Notes: generated by a model not told the origin, from the letters alone. A stretch of 64,000 nt of DNA from Fimicolochytrium jonesii (GCF_025526975.1 NW_026515668.1:1674001-1738000); one strand, 5' to 3'. Shown: positions 1-12,502, numbered from the stretch's first letter. Made by a program: numbers and translations.

Positions 1-250
1 GGAAAGGGTTGGTAGCGGAACGTTTTCTGCTGTGTTCCGCTTGAAGCGGGACGGCGGACGCGGATGTGGCCGGTGCCGTCTTGGCGGTATCTGCCATATT
101 TTCCACAATATCGCCGTTGCTGCCACCCACCGCTTCATCAACATCAAGAGATATGGACCTTAGTGGCAGTGCCTTAAACGATACGCGAAGAGTCGAGCTG
201 CCCAAGGGGTCCGCGACCTGCTGTTCATGATGAGCATGGCCTGTTCCCAT
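1..250 (-). CDS. Partial ORF running off the left edge, unknown low-complexity protein (may have upstream exons to ~630)
   Basis: Minus frame is open from ATG at 250 (MGTGHAHHEQQVADPLGSS...ENMADTAKTAPATSASAVPLQAEHSRKRSATNPF) to base 1; no recognisable domain. Confidence 0.3.
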   Translation of the reverse strand, partial: MGTGHAHHEQQVADPLGSSTLRVSFKALPLRSISLDVDEAVGGSNGDIVENMADTAKTAPATSASAVPLQAEHSRKRSATNPF

Positions 251-764
251 AGGCAACGGCTCCACCCGATTTGAGTGAGACAGTTTGGATAGTATGCGCG
301 TGAGTAATTGGGTTGGGTCGACTATCGTTCAAGTATAGATCCTGTTCTCCGACGCGATTTAATCGCCTGTCGTTCTGCAAGCAGCCCGTCGTGTGCTGCG
401 TCGTGTGTAGGAAAGGGGGTGCAGGTTGTCTGTCGACGAATTCGTGTTTAACGTCGAGGAGGTTATCGAATTCGAGGAAGAAATCCCAAAGTGCGCGAGG
501 TCCGCGGTCCGTAAGGGCTCGCCGCATCTCCGACTCTTCTTCACCGCCCTCTTCGCCGTTCCCTTCGCTCCCTTCTTACTTCCCCCACCATTTTTGAAGA
601 CCATTTCACAGACATCTTGATTCGACGCATCCATTATCGGGGTGTCCACCACAGCATTCCCGGACCAGACGGACGGCTCCGGAGGGGAGATTTCCTAGAC
701 TTTCCCACTCACATTACAATTGTCGTCCAGCCACGTTCCGTTCCCCTCAACGAAGCCTTCCAGG

Positions 765-2876
765 ATGTCAACTGACTTCGACGGCGACTTTGACGATGAA
801 GCAAATACCCCCGACTTGGATTTTGAGTTCGAACGAGACTTGGACTTTGACGACCTGCTAGAAGATGACATCAATGAGCTCCTGCCGCCGGGAGATCGTG
901 TACATACGTCAGGGCGTCAAAAGCCTTCAATGAGTTTCGACTTGGGGCCGCACAACCAGTTTCTTATTCCACTCTCCTCCACCATCTCAAAGTCGGAAAC
1001 CGATTTACCAAAGCATATCTCCTTCTGGTCCAGCCTGTCGCTTATCGTCGGGATGAGCATTGGCAGCGGAATTTTCGCGTCACCGGGAGTGGTGTTTGAA
1101 CACAGTGGGTCTGTGGGTTCTGCCCTTCTGGTGTGGGTGGTGGGAGGCGTGCTAGCCATCGCGGGAGGCCTGTGCTACGCTGAGCTCGGAACAAGTATGC
1201 CGTCCAGTGGCGCTGAACATCCTTACTTGCTGCGTGCGTTTGGGTCGCTGCCTGCGTTCTTGTTCGGATTTTCCGGGGTAACGGTGACACGGCCAGGATC
1301 AGTCGCCATCATCACCATCATCTGCGCTGAATATATCGTGCGCTTGCTCATGTACGCCAATCCGACAGAAGCCCCACCGGCATACCTGATCAAGCTGATT
1401 GCACTTGTATCCTTGATTGCACTGACGCTGTTAAACTGCATTTCAACGAAACTCGGAACACTGGTTCAGGATGTATTTACCGTACTCAAAGTGGCTTCGC
1501 TGGCCATCATTGGGGCGATTGGCATCGTAAAGCTCCTGCAATCCGGAGCCTTTACCAGCACAATAGCAGAAGGGCGGGAGGCTAAGCCGATATTTGAAGG
1601 AAGCTCGTCAAATCCAGGAGATTATGCGCTGGCATTGTATTCTGCGTTATGGGCCTATGACGGATGGTTCGTCTTATCACTTTGAGATGAAATACGCTTC
1701 ACAGGTCAATGACGACCAACCATCTCAGATAACGTCTCGATGGTTGTACAGGAACAATCTGAACCTAGTTACAGGGGAACTGCAGGTAATAAAGGCCGGC
1801 TGAAACCAGGCGGTCTTTGGTAACGTACGTCGTACTTATCGCCCCGTTCGCTAGAACCCATCTCGGGACCTTCCCAGGGCTGTCATACTGGGACCGTCGA
1901 TTGTGATCGTAGCGTACGTGCTCGCCAACATGGCTTACTTCACGGTCTTGCCGGCCACGGTGAGACTCCATTTCCGAGCCGTTTTCACACACTCTAGCCA
2001 GTGCTGACCCTCATGATACACCTCCTCTAAATTACAGGTGATCACAACCTCCAACACCATAGGAATGGCAAGTGGCCTTTCCATTCGGTTCTGGCCTGAA
2101 GCCAATGAACATGGCCTAATCTCTTAGTCCCAACGTCACAGAGCTTCGGCAAGTTCGTATTCGGCCACGTCGGCGCCATCATCATTCCCCTAGTGGTAAT
2201 AGGCTCCACCATAGGCGCCAGCAACGCCTCCATATTCAGCGGCTCACGCGTCGCCTACGTCTCTGCCCGCGCCGCCCACCTCCCCAAATTTCTTGGCAAA
2301 ATTCACCCACGGTTCCGCACCCCCTTCAACGCCCTTATCTTCCAATCCGCCTTCTCCGCCGCCCTCATCCTCTTCGGCGACTTCCGCTCCCTCGTTAATT
2401 TCTATTCGATGGTCGCGTGGTTCTTTTACTTGCTAGCCGTGCTGGCGCTGCTGAAGCTGAGGAGAACGGAGCCGCATATGGAGCGGCCGTATCGAGTGTG
2501 GACCCCGGTGGCGGTGGCGTTCTTGGTCTCGGTGGTGTTTTTGATTACGTTGAGTGTGGCGGAGGCACCGGGGGCGGCTGTGAGCGCGCTGCTGTTTCTA
2601 GGGAGCGGCGTGCCGGTGTGGTATGTTGTTGTGTATAAGAAACTGGGGTGGGAAGGTAAGCTAGACGGTCTCCATCTTCGTCGTAATTGCCCTGGGCCAT
2701 CCTCACTGAGATTTACGTACTTAGGGATAGCAGAACGAATTTCAACGCCATGCGGAATTCTGCTGCATAAAGCATCGACGTTCTTGCCAACGTCACTGGC
2801 GCCGCGAAAGTGGACGTTTGGAGGATACCGGCGGCAGGCCTCGCAGGAGGACGGGATGGAGATGGAGGAGACCTGA
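765..2876 (+). CDS. APC-superfamily amino acid permease (LAT/SLC7, methionine permease-like), multi-exon
   Basis: IVGMSIGSGIFASPG (TM1), LCYAELGTSMPSSGAEHPYL, ALWAYDGW|NNLN, GSRVAYVSAR, RFRTPFNAL, ERPYRV; GT-AG introns between ~1667 and 2141. Confidence 0.93.
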
Positions 2877-3266
2877 CGCTTCGCTCGCACGTAACTCATA
2901 CCGGAGCAATGGACGTAAGACACATCCATGCTACGGGATGTGTCTCGCAACGTTGCGATTTACCTGTCCCTCTTTTCTGTCAATTGTACATAGTATCTCA
3001 ATGGCATCGGAACTGTACCCGATAGCCCTCTCATCTCACATAACGTTCTGTTTCGGGCTTCGTGTCAACATTTGCATGGCTTTCCATTGAGTGATCGGAA
3101 TCCTAATTCATATTCTGCATACGCATCATGTCTTCGTTCAGATGCTGGCTCGCTCTTCATTGGAAAAAAAGTCGGATGAGATGCTATTGCACCAGAAAAT
3201 GAAAGAAAGTGAAGGCTATGGCGCAGAGGTGCATTCGGATCTCCCAGTCGACATGACCGACATCAT

Positions 3267-4458
3267 CTACCGTGGCCTCTTGAAGCCCTCCCCGGGTTTC
3301 GCTCTCCACAACTCCGTCGATCCCGCGAGCGTCGTCGGCGCAGCTTTTGACGGACTTCCTGGTCGCAGCCCAAACATGCCTGCGGGCGGTATCCTCCTCC
3401 GCTGCATCTCCGGGGATATATTGCTCTGGCCGGACATTCCAGATCCAGATAGATCAGGTGCAGAAGCGGAGAGGTTTGTACTCGAATAGCCGTGTGAGAG
3501 TGACATTGGAGTTCTTGTTTTGGAGTCGATGACGCCGTCGAGGAAGGAATCAATGCGTTCGGTGACAGGATTGAGTGCTAGTGGTTGGAATGTGGACTAC
3601 ATACGTCCTGCCATGAGTGACTGACGCGTAGACCCACACTGATTCGGCAGCAAGGGCATACCAGGTTGATGCAGTCCCCTCCATATTCATCCGCAATACT
3701 CGTCCGCCGTCTTTGTAAGGTGTCGGTGATCAGATCCGTCTTTGTCCCCACCACCAAAATCGGCAGCATCGGTCTTGACTCTCCTACACGCACATCGACG
3801 TCGAAATCTGAGAGGATTCCATGAGTGCGCCGTAAAAATACGGCCCCCAAATCCAAAAATCTACCACCCCTCACCATTCTTATACATTGAGTCCCGTATG
3901 GTAGGCAGTGGCGACATAGTCCCAGATTTGAACGTGGCCGCGTTGAACACCTCCGCTATCCATCTCCATAGATTCTGGTATGATTTCTTGTTGGTTGCGT
4001 CGTGGACGAGGATGACGCCGTTTGCGTTGGGGTAGAAGATGGAACGGGAGTTGCGTTGTTTGGAGGAGCCGCCGATGTCGAGGAATTCGACGAAGTAGTT
4101 GCGGTTTGTTCGGGTGTAGCGATGTATCTGGATGAGACGGCTTCGGTGAGTATTGCCCTCGTCTGCGGGAACCCCAAAGATGCAGTGTCCCACCTTGACG
4201 TCTACACTACACCCTACGGTATGCACCGGCGTCCGCAGTGGCTCGCCTTGACACAGTGCGTGTACGAGACTGGTTTTGCCTACACCTGGAAGATGGGCAA
4301 TAGCAATTTGGGTCAGAAAACAGCCCTACTTGTTCTATGAACTTTGGGGCTTGACTCAAAACGTACCGACCAGCATCCCCGACCACTAATATCCTGATCT
4401 TGTCCGTTGGGTCGAACGTCGTTGTCAAACCGTGTTCGTTCATTGAGCCCCTTGACAT
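3267..4458 (-). CDS. RABL3: Rab-like protein 3 small GTPase, multi-exon
   Basis: KIRILVVGDAG|VGKTSL P-loop, TVGCSVDVK, FVEFLDIGGS, RSIFYPNANGVILVHDATNKKSYQNLWRW, PILVVGTKTD; no CAAX at the C-terminus. Confidence 0.85.
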
Positions 4459-4553
4459 GTTGGAGAGTTTTGCTGAACGGAATGCCTGGGTCGGAATGAG
4501 CGAGAAGTCCCACAGTCGCGAAGCCTTTGACGTGCCCTTTCACGAATTTTACG

Positions 4554-4759
4554 AATCGGCAGCATCGGCCTTGACTCTCCTACGTACAGTACAGTACAGT
4601 ACACGGCGCACGCACCTCGACTGTGGGTTGAATTGGAACTGACGCGCCAAACTGGAACTGACGCGTTTCGCATTGAACGACGATTCGAATCTGGGTCCAA
4701 ATTCAGAACGCCGCAAGCGCTACATATATTTGATGTATGGGATCTTAATGTATGGGATC
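4554..4759. repeat. Cluster of short duplications upstream of RABL3
   Basis: 30-bp copy of RABL3 coding sequence at 4554-4583 (original at 3758-3787); (GTACA)4 at 4584-4603; TGGAACTGACGCG x2 (4634, 4653); ATGTATGGGATC x2 (4733, 4748). Confidence 0.85.
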
Positions 4760-4838
4760 GTAAATTGTACTCCCACTTCTGTAGGCGCATGCCCAAAGAA
4801 GCTTATATTCTCTCGATGCGCCGTCACGACCGCCGTCA

Positions 4839-7293
4839 TCAAGCATCCCTATTCTCAGCCAGCGCGCCCATGTTCCTCCGGGGTTGGTACCCGGTTGCGC
4901 TTTCGGCCTGGGACACACTGGGCCGCTTGGTTTTGGTGCTAACGAGAGCTGCAGGGAGAGATTGAACGATCGGCTCTGTGAACCAGGAGAATCAAGCTCA
5001 AAGCACAGATGAAACGTACATGCGTTTTTCCGGATGCCAGCCGCGCTATTTTCGAAGAAGTTCAGAGCGATCGTCAGATGGAAAGTACGGTAGCGCATAG
5101 CATAGAAAAACGGGGGAGTAATGGGAGATACTTACAAAGCCCTGACCATGATGGCGAACGCAGTCTCCAAGGAAGCAATCTCCCGAATCAGGCTCCGGGA
5201 ATCGATGGTCCCATCCTCCAAGAATCTGAACTTCATTTGCGTAACCTCGCCCATATACAACCCAAGAGCCTTCAGCGGGACAGTAAAAGCCACAGAGGTA
5301 GCAAGGGTGAAGACCAGCGCAGTAAAGCTCAGGCACACGATGACAATAATGCTTTTGATAATGGATTTGTCGATCGCGGCAAAGAAGTCGCTTCGCGGAA
5401 AGGCGATCACGACTGTCCATTTGCTGCCGGCATCGTCGATGCTGATCTGCTCCGCCGCGATGTACCAGTCCTGTCCGTCGTCCAGGCGGGCTTTCATGAC
5501 CTCAGGTCCCACGACGTTGAACAGACCTTTGGCCTTGAGATACTTGCCGACTTCGGCGATCCCCGGGTGCCAGGTTTCATCGATGGCGTCTACGAGACGG
5601 ACATGAATGTAAGCGGATGTACGGGAAATACCATCGCCCAGCCACAAAAACAAAACGGATGCCGTCAGGGTCGGAAACGAGTAAAATTTACTTACACACT
5701 GACGTGGGGGCTAACATTCGATTCTGACTGACAGCCGCGTTCGGAATCGATGATGCAATCAGAGTTCCCGCCTTAAACGGGGGAGTCCCTTTCGCATCAA
5801 AAATGAAGATAAACGAGTTCTTTGAGGGAAGCAGTCGTTGAATGTAGGGCTCCAGAGATATGAACATCAATCCGCCAACTTGACATTGATGGGTCGGCGT
5901 GGGGCTGCTGCCATAAATGTTCACCGCACTCATTCTGATATAAACATGTGTGAGTTTTCGGCCGCTGTTTGTAGCACATATGCTCCGCACAACGCTTCAT
6001 ACGTACGCCAAAATCGCGCCGTATACATTGGAGTAATTCCACTTAGTCTTCCCTTGCGCCCGAGGTGTGCTTGACACCAGGTCCATATAGAAAGGATCGG
6101 CGCTAGCGTTGTAAATCGGATCCCCGGTATATGTCCAGATGTTATTGAGGAGTTCCGAAACCCGCGCCGCTTTCAAGAAGTTCGTGATGTTCTTTGTTTT
6201 ATCCCAGAAATCTTGGGTGTAACCCTCCATGAGAATATTCACCGCTTGAGCAGATAGTTTCACGCCGTTCTGATCGACAGAGTTCTTGTAATAAACGTTA
6301 CGATCTGGAAAAGAACGAGTGTAAGAGGAAGCCTGACGAGAACGCCGTCGTTGCTTCCTGCCCAGGCCGGGTCCTTCTTCATTCCATCCCTACAATACCT
6401 GTTCTCTCCATATGGTTGAAAGTCCAATATGCACCGAGCGGGAGCAATGATTGCAAATCGGCAAGGGTGCCAAAGGGCCCGTCATTGATGGGCATCTCCG
6501 ATGCAAGGCTCCATTTGCTGACGGCGAAAATGGCGTTGCCGAACCCGGGAGTCGAGCCGGGGGCTCCCGTGTTTACCAAGCATGTGATTCTGAAATCCAC
6601 GGCAATGAACAGATGGGATATTGTTGAGGACAATGCCACTGTAGACACAACTCACGTTGCCACATCCGGGTTATCAAAGCTAAGACGAATGAAATCCTTC
6701 AAGAAGTCGCTCCCGACCAGTGGCGTCAGCGTCAGATTGCGAGGTTGAGCCGCGGTTGAAACGACCGAAGTGGTCGTGGTCTTCAAGCCAAAGTTTAGAC
6801 CAAGTTGACGGTAATTGTTGGTGGTAGTCACCAAGCCTTCCTTTGCGGCTTTCAAAGTCAGCTACAGGTTACGAGCAATGAAGGAAAGACGATGTCAAAA
6901 TTCGATGCCCGCTGGTCCATGAGAAATGACATTGCACATAGGTGGCGCTTACCATTGCCATCACTCCCGCGCTATCCTCGCTGTTCGAGTAGGCGTTGGT
7001 GATGAAAATCGTAGATGACTGGCAACAGTGAAATCGAATTAGTGATGATTCCTCCAATGCCAACGAGTACCATCGCGGGAGCTTACCGGGACAATAACGA
7101 CTGTCAGAATCATGATAATAATAGCAGATTGCACGAGCCACAAGGGCAGGCGGATTTTCTGATACCACTTCATGTCTTTCTGCTTGGCTGCCTCTTTGGC
7201 GAGGTCGGCCGGGTTGAAGTCTGCGCCGCCAGTACCAGCTTCAGGGTCTTCAACCGTCGGACTAGTCGGACTAGTCGGACTAGTCGGATCCAT
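4839..7293 (-). CDS. Two-TM membrane receptor-like protein: extracytoplasmic Cache/PDC-like region plus HAMP domain, with no catalytic output domain
   Basis: TM1 LPLWLVQSAIIIMILTVVIVP; Cache-like FIFIFDAKG...LIASS and WTVVIAFPRSDFF; TM2 IIVIVCLSFTALVFTLATSVAF; HAMP-like PLKALGLYMGEVTQM...IREIASLETAFAIMVRAF; spliced tail AAGIRKNASLVSTK...ENRDA* ending at 4839. Confidence 0.75.
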
Positions 7294-8164
7294 TATAAAC
7301 CGATTTTGCAAGAGAAATCAAAAGCGGTAGAAGAGGTTCGACTTTGAGGTTCAATTCAGATGCGATGTTGAGGATGGCCACTGAGTTTTATGAGGCACTC
7401 GACCACTGTGCGTTGCGCCGTTGCCACACCTCTCGCCTTCAATAAACATGGTCATGGTTTGTGAATCCAGAAGCTTCTGCCCCCGCCTTCGGAAAAACTG
7501 GCCTTTTAGGCCAAAGTCTAAATCTTGAGCTATATCGGGAGAGTGGTCGGCGAGATTCACATCTTGGAACTGATGCCGAAAACACGAAGGTGAGGAAAAG
7601 ATCACAAAACGGCGAATCTCGCCGACCAATCTCCCGAAGATGAGGACGGTGGAAGTTTGAGAAGTCGAGACTGTGCAGCCAGGGAACAGAAAGCTGTGCT
7701 GAGCCATGGAACATACAGCTGTAAGGCGACTGGGACATCTGGGACATGTACCGGTCGCGTCGGCACATCCTTTTTTAATTCCCCATAATAACCACCCCCC
7801 TGGCCCCCCCTGAAATAACTCACGCCAAACTCACGTGAGTAATCGATGTTGATTTCAATTATAGAGAGGGGGCACAGCTTTATGGACCCTGCCAGATATC
7901 TGGTTACGACGCCCCAGACACAGGCACAAGTCGCCGGCCCCGATTGAACGCGCTGAGGCCGTCAGTCCCAACCCTAACCCTGTCAGTTTTACGTCACTTG
8001 CTGGTTGTCCCAGTCTTTGGTGATTTTCGTTTCCCTCTCCCACACACACAGGAGAAAAATGATGTATGCAAAGAACTCCTCGGAAGAATGGAGGATACAA
8101 AGAAAATAAAAAAAGAATGGTTGTTATGAAAGTATGCCAGTTACACGCCAGGAAAGTCTATATA

Positions 8165-8954
8165 CAGTACGAAAAGCTGTTCAGTACTTCGTAGCTCCGC
8201 CACCACTTCCCCCCCACACTGCATGAGTCCTCTTTTCACACTGTCGATATAAGTTGCGGACTGTTTCCAGCGGGGTTTTGGCCCATTCCTCCTTCAGGGC
8301 AGCTGCCAGGGAATGCTTTCCAGTTAGTAATGGATTCCTCTGCCGCAGTTTAGTTTCCGGAATCCACCACAAGCGCTCTATGATGTTGAGGTCCGGTGAA
8401 CGTGGCCAGTCAGGCAGGAACTCGCAATGCTTTTTCTCAGCCTTGGGGGCTCTTGTGTGCTTGCTTGTATGGGGGGGTGCTCCATCCTCTTGAAAGACGA
8501 GCGCAGGGTTCCACACTTGGTTTACTTTCCACCAGAGAAAGAAGTTTTTGTCTACGATATGGTCACAGTAGTATTTACTGTTGACCTTTCCCTCGCAGAA
8601 AACAATGGGGCCAACCCCATACCAAAAGATGCATCCCCAGATCATGACGGTACCCCATACTGTTGCACTTTTGGCGCCAGGTTTTGCCGGGAATATTTCT
8701 CTCCTTTGCTACGCCAGATCAAAGTCCTTGTCTTGGAGTACAGGGAGAAGAAAGATTCATCGGAGAAGACCACGTTCTTCCAGTCTTCACGATTCCAGCG
8801 CAAGCGGGCTTGTGTCCAGGCATGCCGCAAGTCTAGCTTCCTCTCATCTAGAATAGGTACACCTCCTTTGTTATCGGTTGGCAGTGACCGCTTCACGCCG
8901 AGTCGCAAGACTTGCAGGCCGGCTCTGAGAGAAAGGAGGGACCTGGCAATACTG
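8165..8954 (-). mobile_element. Degenerate Tc1/mariner (IS630-Tc1) DDE transposon relic, 5'-truncated and frameshifted
   Basis: WKNVVFSDES, MIWGCI...GVG, FQEDGAPPH, WPRSPDLNIIERLW, GGATKY*; frameshift near 8650 (TATGGGGTACC); most of the N-terminal HTH is absent; TA-CAGTA end at 8163-8169. Confidence 0.9.
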
Positions 8955-9591
8955 TATGGTATTGGGTGATCCCCAAATCCGAGTCCGAATTCCAACAATG
9001 AGAGCCTCTTAACCCGACTCTTAACTCATCCAGCTCAATGGATCGCATAGATATGGGCATGCCGAATCTCCGCCTAATAGAAACATATATGGATCAGGGG
9101 GCAGCAGGTGCATTTGATAGCAATCCATCCGAAGCCGTCTGACGAAACGCCATGGACATTTTTCGATCCACTCAAGACAACATGCACAGGAACGGAAGGC
9201 CCACACTCCAGGATCGCATTCGTCCAAACCTCAAAATATATGACATAATGAATTCAGAGGGACGACGATCCATTACAGCCACGAGAAGAGTTCTAAGGAG
9301 TCAAAGGGGGATCATATACAAAGTGGTAGTAAATAGAAGGGCGATAATCGCATTTTAAATTAGCCCGGCTCTGCGGAAATGTCAAACGGGTATTTGTCAA
9401 ATAGAGCTGAATGAAGCTCTGTTTCCTCCCTCCTCTTTCTCTTTCGTCTTGCGTAGGCTCGTGGCTGCGCTGAACGCTTGCCGCGGTTTTGGGCCGGTCG
9501 CGCCTCCTCCATGACGCCTCCTCCATGATTCCGCCGTGTGACCTTCGCTATCGGATCTCGTCTCCCACGCCCATATCCCTCCAATTCCCCA

Positions 9592-11085
9592 TCAGTCCAT
9601 CTGCGAATCGTTGCTCAAGCTGCGCTTCTCTGCACATTTCTTCGCCTTGCCGTGCCTATGCAACGCGTCCTGGCGAGTGAACCCCGTCCCACAATGATCG
9701 CAGTGGAAAGGTTTGAAGCCGTTGAGGTGCGTGGCAGAATGGCGGCTGAGGTCCTGCCGTCGCAGAAACCGTTTGGCACATTCGGGGCATTCGAAGCGGC
9801 GTTCGCGGTCTGGTTGTGGTTCTTTCGGCTGCTGGGTTTGTGGGTGGGGTTGGGTGTGTGGTTGGCTTTGGGCGTATGGTTGGCTTTGGGAGTGCGGCGG
9901 AGTGTGGAGGTCTGGATCCCGGTGTAAATCTGCTATCTTGGGTGGAGGCTCGTACGCCGTTACTGCTGGGCTCGCCAACGAGTCGGTCTCGGCTACCTGA
10001 CTGACGTTCATCAAAGGAATTCGTGGATGAGACAAGTGATGTGATGAATACATTAACGGCCGCTTGAACATCAGGTTGCTGTTATGGTTGTTGTTGCTAG
10101 ATCTTTGGCTTGTCCTATGCATTGCGAGTTCCGGCGCTGGCGTGGCGAAGTATAGCGGATGACCAACTTCGATTATGTCCTCTCGCATCGGATGTATGTC
10201 GGGGTACGGTCGAGAGCCTGGTGGGATCATGGCCGGATCCCGCGATCGAAGCTCGGCCAGCGACGGTGGTGGCGCGGGAATGATGATCGTTGACTGGGGA
10301 TCTGGCTGGTGCTCGAATTCTCGCGACATGGTATGCATCGGATGCATCGGATGCATCATGACCGGGTATCGTGATGAAGGGCCGGGAAGACCAGCAGGAA
10401 CCGGCGGAGGCGGTGTTCCTGCTCCTGATGCCGCCGTTGCGTAAGTGGGCATCGGAGATGGGAAGGGTATGTGATAGTGGTACGCCGGATTGTTCGGGAG
10501 GGTATTTGAGGCCGCGTGAACGGAGGGATGCTGATGAAATCCGGCATGTATGGATGGAGGGTGGTTTGCTGCTGACGAAAGCGCCAGTCGCTTGGCAAAA
10601 CTGTCCACACCACTTTCCGCGTGCTGAGGACGATAGGATTGAGGCATGGCCTCCGGCACCGACGAATGCGTGCTGTGGGGCCCATGGTTTGGGGCGGAAG
10701 ATGCCATTCGACGGACGTGTCCCGAGGGTGACGGTGGGGGTATCGCTATTGGGATGGAACCATGCCTTGGTGGGGAACCGGTAGGTAGGTGGTACTGAAA
10801 GTGTTGCGGAGATGAAGTATAAACGACATGTTTTTGATCTAACGCATGCCGTCGGTGTTCATGTCGTGGGTGATGCGCATCACGATCAGGCGTGGGTGAA
10901 TCAACCGACGGATGCGCCACCCCGACGCTGGAGTACGGCACATAGCCTCGAGCAGTCCGGTCCGCCTCATGCGACTCGCTTCTGGGGTGCGCAACATTGA
11001 GCGTCCAACCCGTGTCCGGATGGTAAGAATGCTGCGATGTTGGGGTTTCGGGACCCCACGGAAGTTTCCGTCGATTGTCACGCAT
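9592..11085 (-). CDS. C2H2 zinc-finger transcription factor with two C-terminal fingers
   Basis: FECPECAKRFLRRQDLSRHSATHLNGFKPFHCDHCGTGFTRQDALHRH after a long Pro/His/Ser-rich region. Confidence 0.92.
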   Translation of the reverse strand: MRDNRRKLPWGPETPTSQHSYHPDTGWTLNVAHPRSESHEADRTARGYVPYSSVGVAHPSVDSPTPDRDAHHPRHEHRRHALDQKHVVYTSSPQHFQYHLPTGSPPRHGSIPIAIPPPSPSGHVRRMASSAPNHGPHSTHSSVPEAMPQSYRPQHAESGVDSFAKRLALSSAANHPPSIHAGFHQHPSVHAASNTLPNNPAYHYHIPFPSPMPTYATAASGAGTPPPPVPAGLPGPSSRYPVMMHPMHPMHTMSREFEHQPDPQSTIIIPAPPPSLAELRSRDPAMIPPGSRPYPDIHPMREDIIEVGHPLYFATPAPELAMHRTSQRSSNNNHNSNLMFKRPLMYSSHHLSHPRIPLMNVSQVAETDSLASPAVTAYEPPPKIADLHRDPDLHTPPHSQSQPYAQSQPHTQPHPQTQQPKEPQPDRERRFECPECAKRFLRRQDLSRHSATHLNGFKPFHCDHCGTGFTRQDALHRHGKAKKCAEKRSLSNDSQMD

Positions 11086-12440
11086 CCCCTCCAAAAAGGA
11101 AGAGGCACCGGCCGCGAAGTTTCAAGAAATCCTCACGCGGTTTTCGTCAGTCTGCCTCCGAGGGAGACGGTTTACAGCTGTAGCGATGGCTATTGGTCTT
11201 GCTAACGGTCTACTTTCTCCACCAGGTCTGCCCAGAGATACGCCACGAAACCCAGGTCTATGAATCACACTCAACGACGCATACCATGCACCAGCGGGCG
11301 AAGCCGAGTCACTTTAGTCGATGCAGTTGAGGAAGCGGCCGTGCGAACTGGATGTTGGTGCGAACCCCCTCTAGATCTAGTCCGTTGTTACGACGGCGAG
11401 CAAGGGATGGTAAGCGTCGGCTCCGTGTTCCAAACCCAAACGATGGATGGTGTACGGAACGGCAAAGGGTCCTCCGTCGTTGCTAAACTTCGAACGAAGT
11501 ATCGTGTAGCCACGCTCAAGTGATTGCTCAGCACGTACTACGACGCCCCGTCTGAGACGATGAAAGCACCGCCGCCCCTGCGATTGGAGAGGAGGTTCCG
11601 AGGATGTGGATCTTTTGAGTTGATCGATGCCGTGCCAAAAAGCCTTTGGAGCTTGCCTCAAACGTGCCGAATATCAAATCTCTCAAATGATCGACAGCGA
11701 AGGAAGAGGATAGGGAGACGCCGTTTTTCTTGTTTTCTCGTGTCCCCCTTGACCAACGGCAACACGGAGCGCAAATGAAGGGGGGTTTGTCTGAATGGGA
11801 CTCTCAATGGAGGCGTTGGCAAGCACTGTACACGTATGTAGTAGTACGATGCGGGGTATATGGGATGGGGCTTCAACAAAACTTGCACGGGTCTGCAATA
11901 ATGACGATTCTTTTGAAGCAGACAGGATGCTGGGCGAGAGGTCACATCTCGTTTACTTTACTATTATACCCCTTCGCGCACAGGCGAGGCTATATACGGA
12001 GGCCAGCGACAATTATACAGCCATCAAATTTTGCACCGCCCAACGAGACACAACGGGCCTGTGCATTACCGCGGTTCTGGATCGCTCAATCTCCGACCCA
12101 CGGTTTCTGGGTGTTTCATTTCTATACCCCACGCCCATTCTGCCGCGGCTTCTCGCTTTGATAAACATACATATGACATTACTAAAGATTTAAGGAAGCC
12201 TTACGAAGGGTTCTCCTCCAAGCCAGCATGTTCTGGTCCTGGAGTCCTGACCCTGACGCCTCCGATATATGAGCTGTCGACTATAAAACAACGGCTGTCG
12301 ACTTTGGCGTACGACCATGGTGATGGATATGTTCGACCCCCTTGGATGTCGTCCCGTCACGTAGGCTATAAGTGTACGTCATTCTCAGGATTGTGACGAT
12401 ACCAGCGCACAGGGTTGACCCAAGGTTCGAAGGTCGACCC

Positions 12441-12469
12441 GCAAACTCGCAAACTCGCAAACTCGCAAA
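12441..12469. repeat. Tandem 8-mer (GCAAACTC)x3.6 just upstream of the esterase ATG
   Basis: gcaaactc gcaaactc gcaaactc gcaaa. Confidence 0.9.
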
Positions 12470-12502
12470 TTGCAACTGTTCACTACTATTACGGGGTACG
12501 TA

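Noticed and set aside
4675..4710. TTCGAATC as a possible tRNA T-loop
   Set aside because: No cloverleaf stems could be formed around it.
5009..5731. 240-aa plus-strand ORF
   Set aside because: Antisense to the HAMP exon of the Cache-HAMP gene.
7256..7290. (TCGGACTAG)x3 repeat as a possible CRISPR or regulatory array
   Set aside because: It has no spacers and simply encodes PTSPTSPT at the start of the Cache-HAMP protein.
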